DNA of 32,000 nt. Origin: Wigglesworthia glossinidia endosymbiont of Glossina morsitans morsitans (Yale colony) (lineage in GTDB: Bacteria > Pseudomonadota > Gammaproteobacteria > Enterobacterales > Enterobacteriaceae). The position numbers and the translations under genes were made by a program. The DNA lies in contig NC_016893.1 of assembly GCF_000247565.1 (NCBI RefSeq), positions 510,001 through 542,000 on the forward strand, in the 5' to 3' direction. Below are positions 28,872 to 32,000 of the stretch, piece by piece. Below the pieces are notes generated by a model. That model was given only the letters and a program-made list of their open reading frames with translations, was not told the origin of the DNA and searched no databases. Position 1 is the stretch's first letter. The number at the start of each line of letters is the position of its first letter.

Positions 28872-29005
28872 GGTATCACTGGCGCCGAAATCTATTGATA
28901 ATTAATTAAAAATATAATTTAAAATTTTTAATTTAAAATTAAATATAGTTTTGGGATTTTGTTTTATAACTAATACGGACTTTCTTTCTCAAGGGGAGCT
29001 ATTAA

Positions 29006-29299
29006 ATGAAAATTCGCCCACTACATGACCGCGTTATTATTAAACGCAAAGAAGCGGAAGCCAAGTCTGCAGGAGGCATAGTTCTAACCGGTTCTGCCGC
29101 AAATAAATCTACTAGAGGTAAAGTATTAGCAGTAGGACACGGACGTATTTTAGATAATGGAGAAGTAAAACCTTTAGACGTAAAAATTGGAGACATCGTC
29201 ATCTTTAACGACGGATATGGTGTAAAAGTAGAAAAAATTGATAATGACGAAGTGCTGATAATGTCCGAAAGCGACATTCTGGCGATAGTTGAAAAATAA
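29006..29299 (+). CDS. groES: Co-chaperonin GroES
   Basis: [32 protein letters not shown]... is canonical GroES. A strong Shine-Dalgarno (AAGGGGAG) lies upstream. Confidence 0.98.
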   Translation: MKIRPLHDRVIIKRKEAEAKSAGGIVLTGSAANKSTRGKVLAVGHGRILDNGEVKPLDVKIGDIVIFNDGYGVKVEKIDNDEVLIMSESDILAIVEK

Positions 29300-29323
29300 T
29301 CTGCATACAATCATATGAACTGA

Positions 29324-30985
<1,662 letters not shown>

Positions 30986-31046
30986 AAAATTCCTCATATT
31001 TTTTTCTTTAAGAATGAAAAATTTAAAAATTTAAATGTAAAAATTA

Positions 31047-31084
31047 GGCCTCAAACTAACTAGTTTGAGGCCGAAAATTTTTTT
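31047..31084 (+). terminator. Rho-independent terminator of groESL
   Basis: An 11-bp perfect stem, ggcctcaaact (31047-31057) with agtttgaggcc (31062-31072), has a GGCC clamp and a 4-nt loop. After gaaaa comes a T7 run (31078-31084). Confidence 0.88.
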
Positions 31085-31167
31085 AAAAATATTTAAATAA
31101 ATAAATAATTTTTTTAACAAAATTAATATTAATTTTATTTTTATATAGCTAACATTTATGATTAATC

Positions 31168-31794
31168 ATGTATAAATTAATATTAAAAACTATTTTTTTG
31201 ATATATATTTTAATTGGCAATAATTTTAAAAATTTTGCTTATTCAAGTGAATACAAAAAGCTAGATTTTTTTATTTCTAGTCAATATCAAATTATAGAAT
31301 TTTTTTCTTTTTATTGCACATACTGTTATCAGTTTGACGAAATATATCAAATTGACAAGCAAATAAAAAATAATTTTTTGAAAAAAAATAAATTTATAAA
31401 ATATCATGTAGATTTTCTTGGCTCAATGGGCAAGGAACTAACAATTGCATGGACAATAGCAAATTTTTTTAATATAGAGGAAAAAATTAGTCCCGAATTA
31501 TTTCAAATAGTGCAAAATGTCAATAAAAACATTACAAAAAAAGATATTTGGTTAATTTTTGAAAAATTTGGAATCAACAAAACGCAATATGAATCTGCAA
31601 AAAATAGTTTTGCGGTAAAATTTTTTTTAAGTCAACAATATAATATTGAAAAAAAATTAGATCTCAAAAGTGTTCCAAGTATTATAGTAAACAATCAATT
31701 TATTATAAATAACGACGAAATTCATGCTAGTTCTATAGAAAATTACACCGAAAGATATATTAACATAATTAGAAATTTATTATCTAATAATTAA
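31168..31794 (+). CDS. dsbA: Periplasmic thiol:disulfide oxidoreductase DsbA (active site CTYC)
   Basis: A signal peptide is present. IIEFFSFYCTYCYQFDE aligns with E. coli VLEFFSFFCPHCYQFEE. KYHVDFLG aligns with KYHVNFMG. The cis-Pro context KSVPSII aligns with RGVPAMF. Confidence 0.87.
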   Translation: MYKLILKTIFLIYILIGNNFKNFAYSSEYKKLDFFISSQYQIIEFFSFYCTYCYQFDEIYQIDKQIKNNFLKKNKFIKYHVDFLGSMGKELTIAWTIANFFNIEEKISPELFQIVQNVNKNITKKDIWLIFEKFGINKTQYESAKNSFAVKFFLSQQYNIEKKLDLKSVPSIIVNNQFIINNDEIHASSIENYTERYINIIRNLLSNN

Positions 31795-31849
31795 TATTAT
31801 CTAAAATAGAACTATCTTATATAAAAATTATATAAGTAAATTTTTAATT

Positions 31850-32000
31850 ATGAATTATATAAATGAAAAAATTATATTAATAGATGGTTCCATATATTTA
31901 TATCGTGCATATTATGGATTGCCTAATTTAAAAAATAAATTAGGACAACCAATAGGTGCTCTTTACGGAATGATTAGCATGATAAAAAAAATATTAAAAA
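31850..32000 (+). CDS. polA: DNA polymerase I, N-terminal 5'-3' exonuclease domain, partial (runs off the window end)
   Basis: My own translation is MNYINEKIILIDGSIYLYRAYYGLPNLKNKLGQPIGALYGMISMIKKILK, versus E. coli ...[40 protein letters not shown]. The dsbA...polA neighbourhood matches E. coli. Confidence 0.88.
   Translation, partial: MNYINEKIILIDGSIYLYRAYYGLPNLKNKLGQPIGALYGMISMIKKILK

Overview
This window is extremely AT-rich, roughly 80% A+T by eye, and the spacers are nearer 90%. It is gene-dense but has several long featureless spacers. Almost every identifiable gene has a clear E. coli-type (Enterobacterales) ortholog; the one exception is a small TraR-like ORF. E. coli synteny blocks survive with internal deletions: yadG-yadH; rpmE-[priA,cytR lost]-ftsN-hslVU-...-fpr-tpiA; dapF-[yigA,xerC lost]-yigB-[uvrD lost]-corA; recC-[ptrA lost]-recB-recD; rpsF-[priB lost]-rpsR-rplI; groESL; dsbA-polA. 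This is the signature of a reduced-genome gammaproteobacterial insect endosymbiont. Retention of folK, yigB, a porin, amiB, dsbA and ftsN leans Wigglesworthia-like rather than Buchnera-like, but that cannot be proven from this window. I found no tRNA or rRNA genes, CRISPR arrays, transposases, integrases, prophage blocks or recognisable defence islands, and I do not think the window holds a novel multi-gene system. The points worth a second look are gene-level oddities of genome reduction. (1) recD keeps an intact 611-codon frame but has lost all ATPase/helicase motifs, next to a motif-perfect recB. (2) amiB is split exactly at an A10 tract, where a 1-nt slip restores the frame. (3) A natural minimal FtsN of 101 aa keeps only the FtsA-binding tail, the TM segment and the essential helix. 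(4) A GC-enriched 67-aa TraR-like zinc-ribbon ORF sits between the r-protein operon and groESL, with the F-TraR-type N-terminal D3/D6 tip. (5) A near-consensus sigma-32 promoter and a GC-clamp terminator bracket groESL. (6) Spacers lie exactly where uvrD, priA and priB would be. All ortholog comparisons were made from my memory of E. coli protein sequences, not from a database search.
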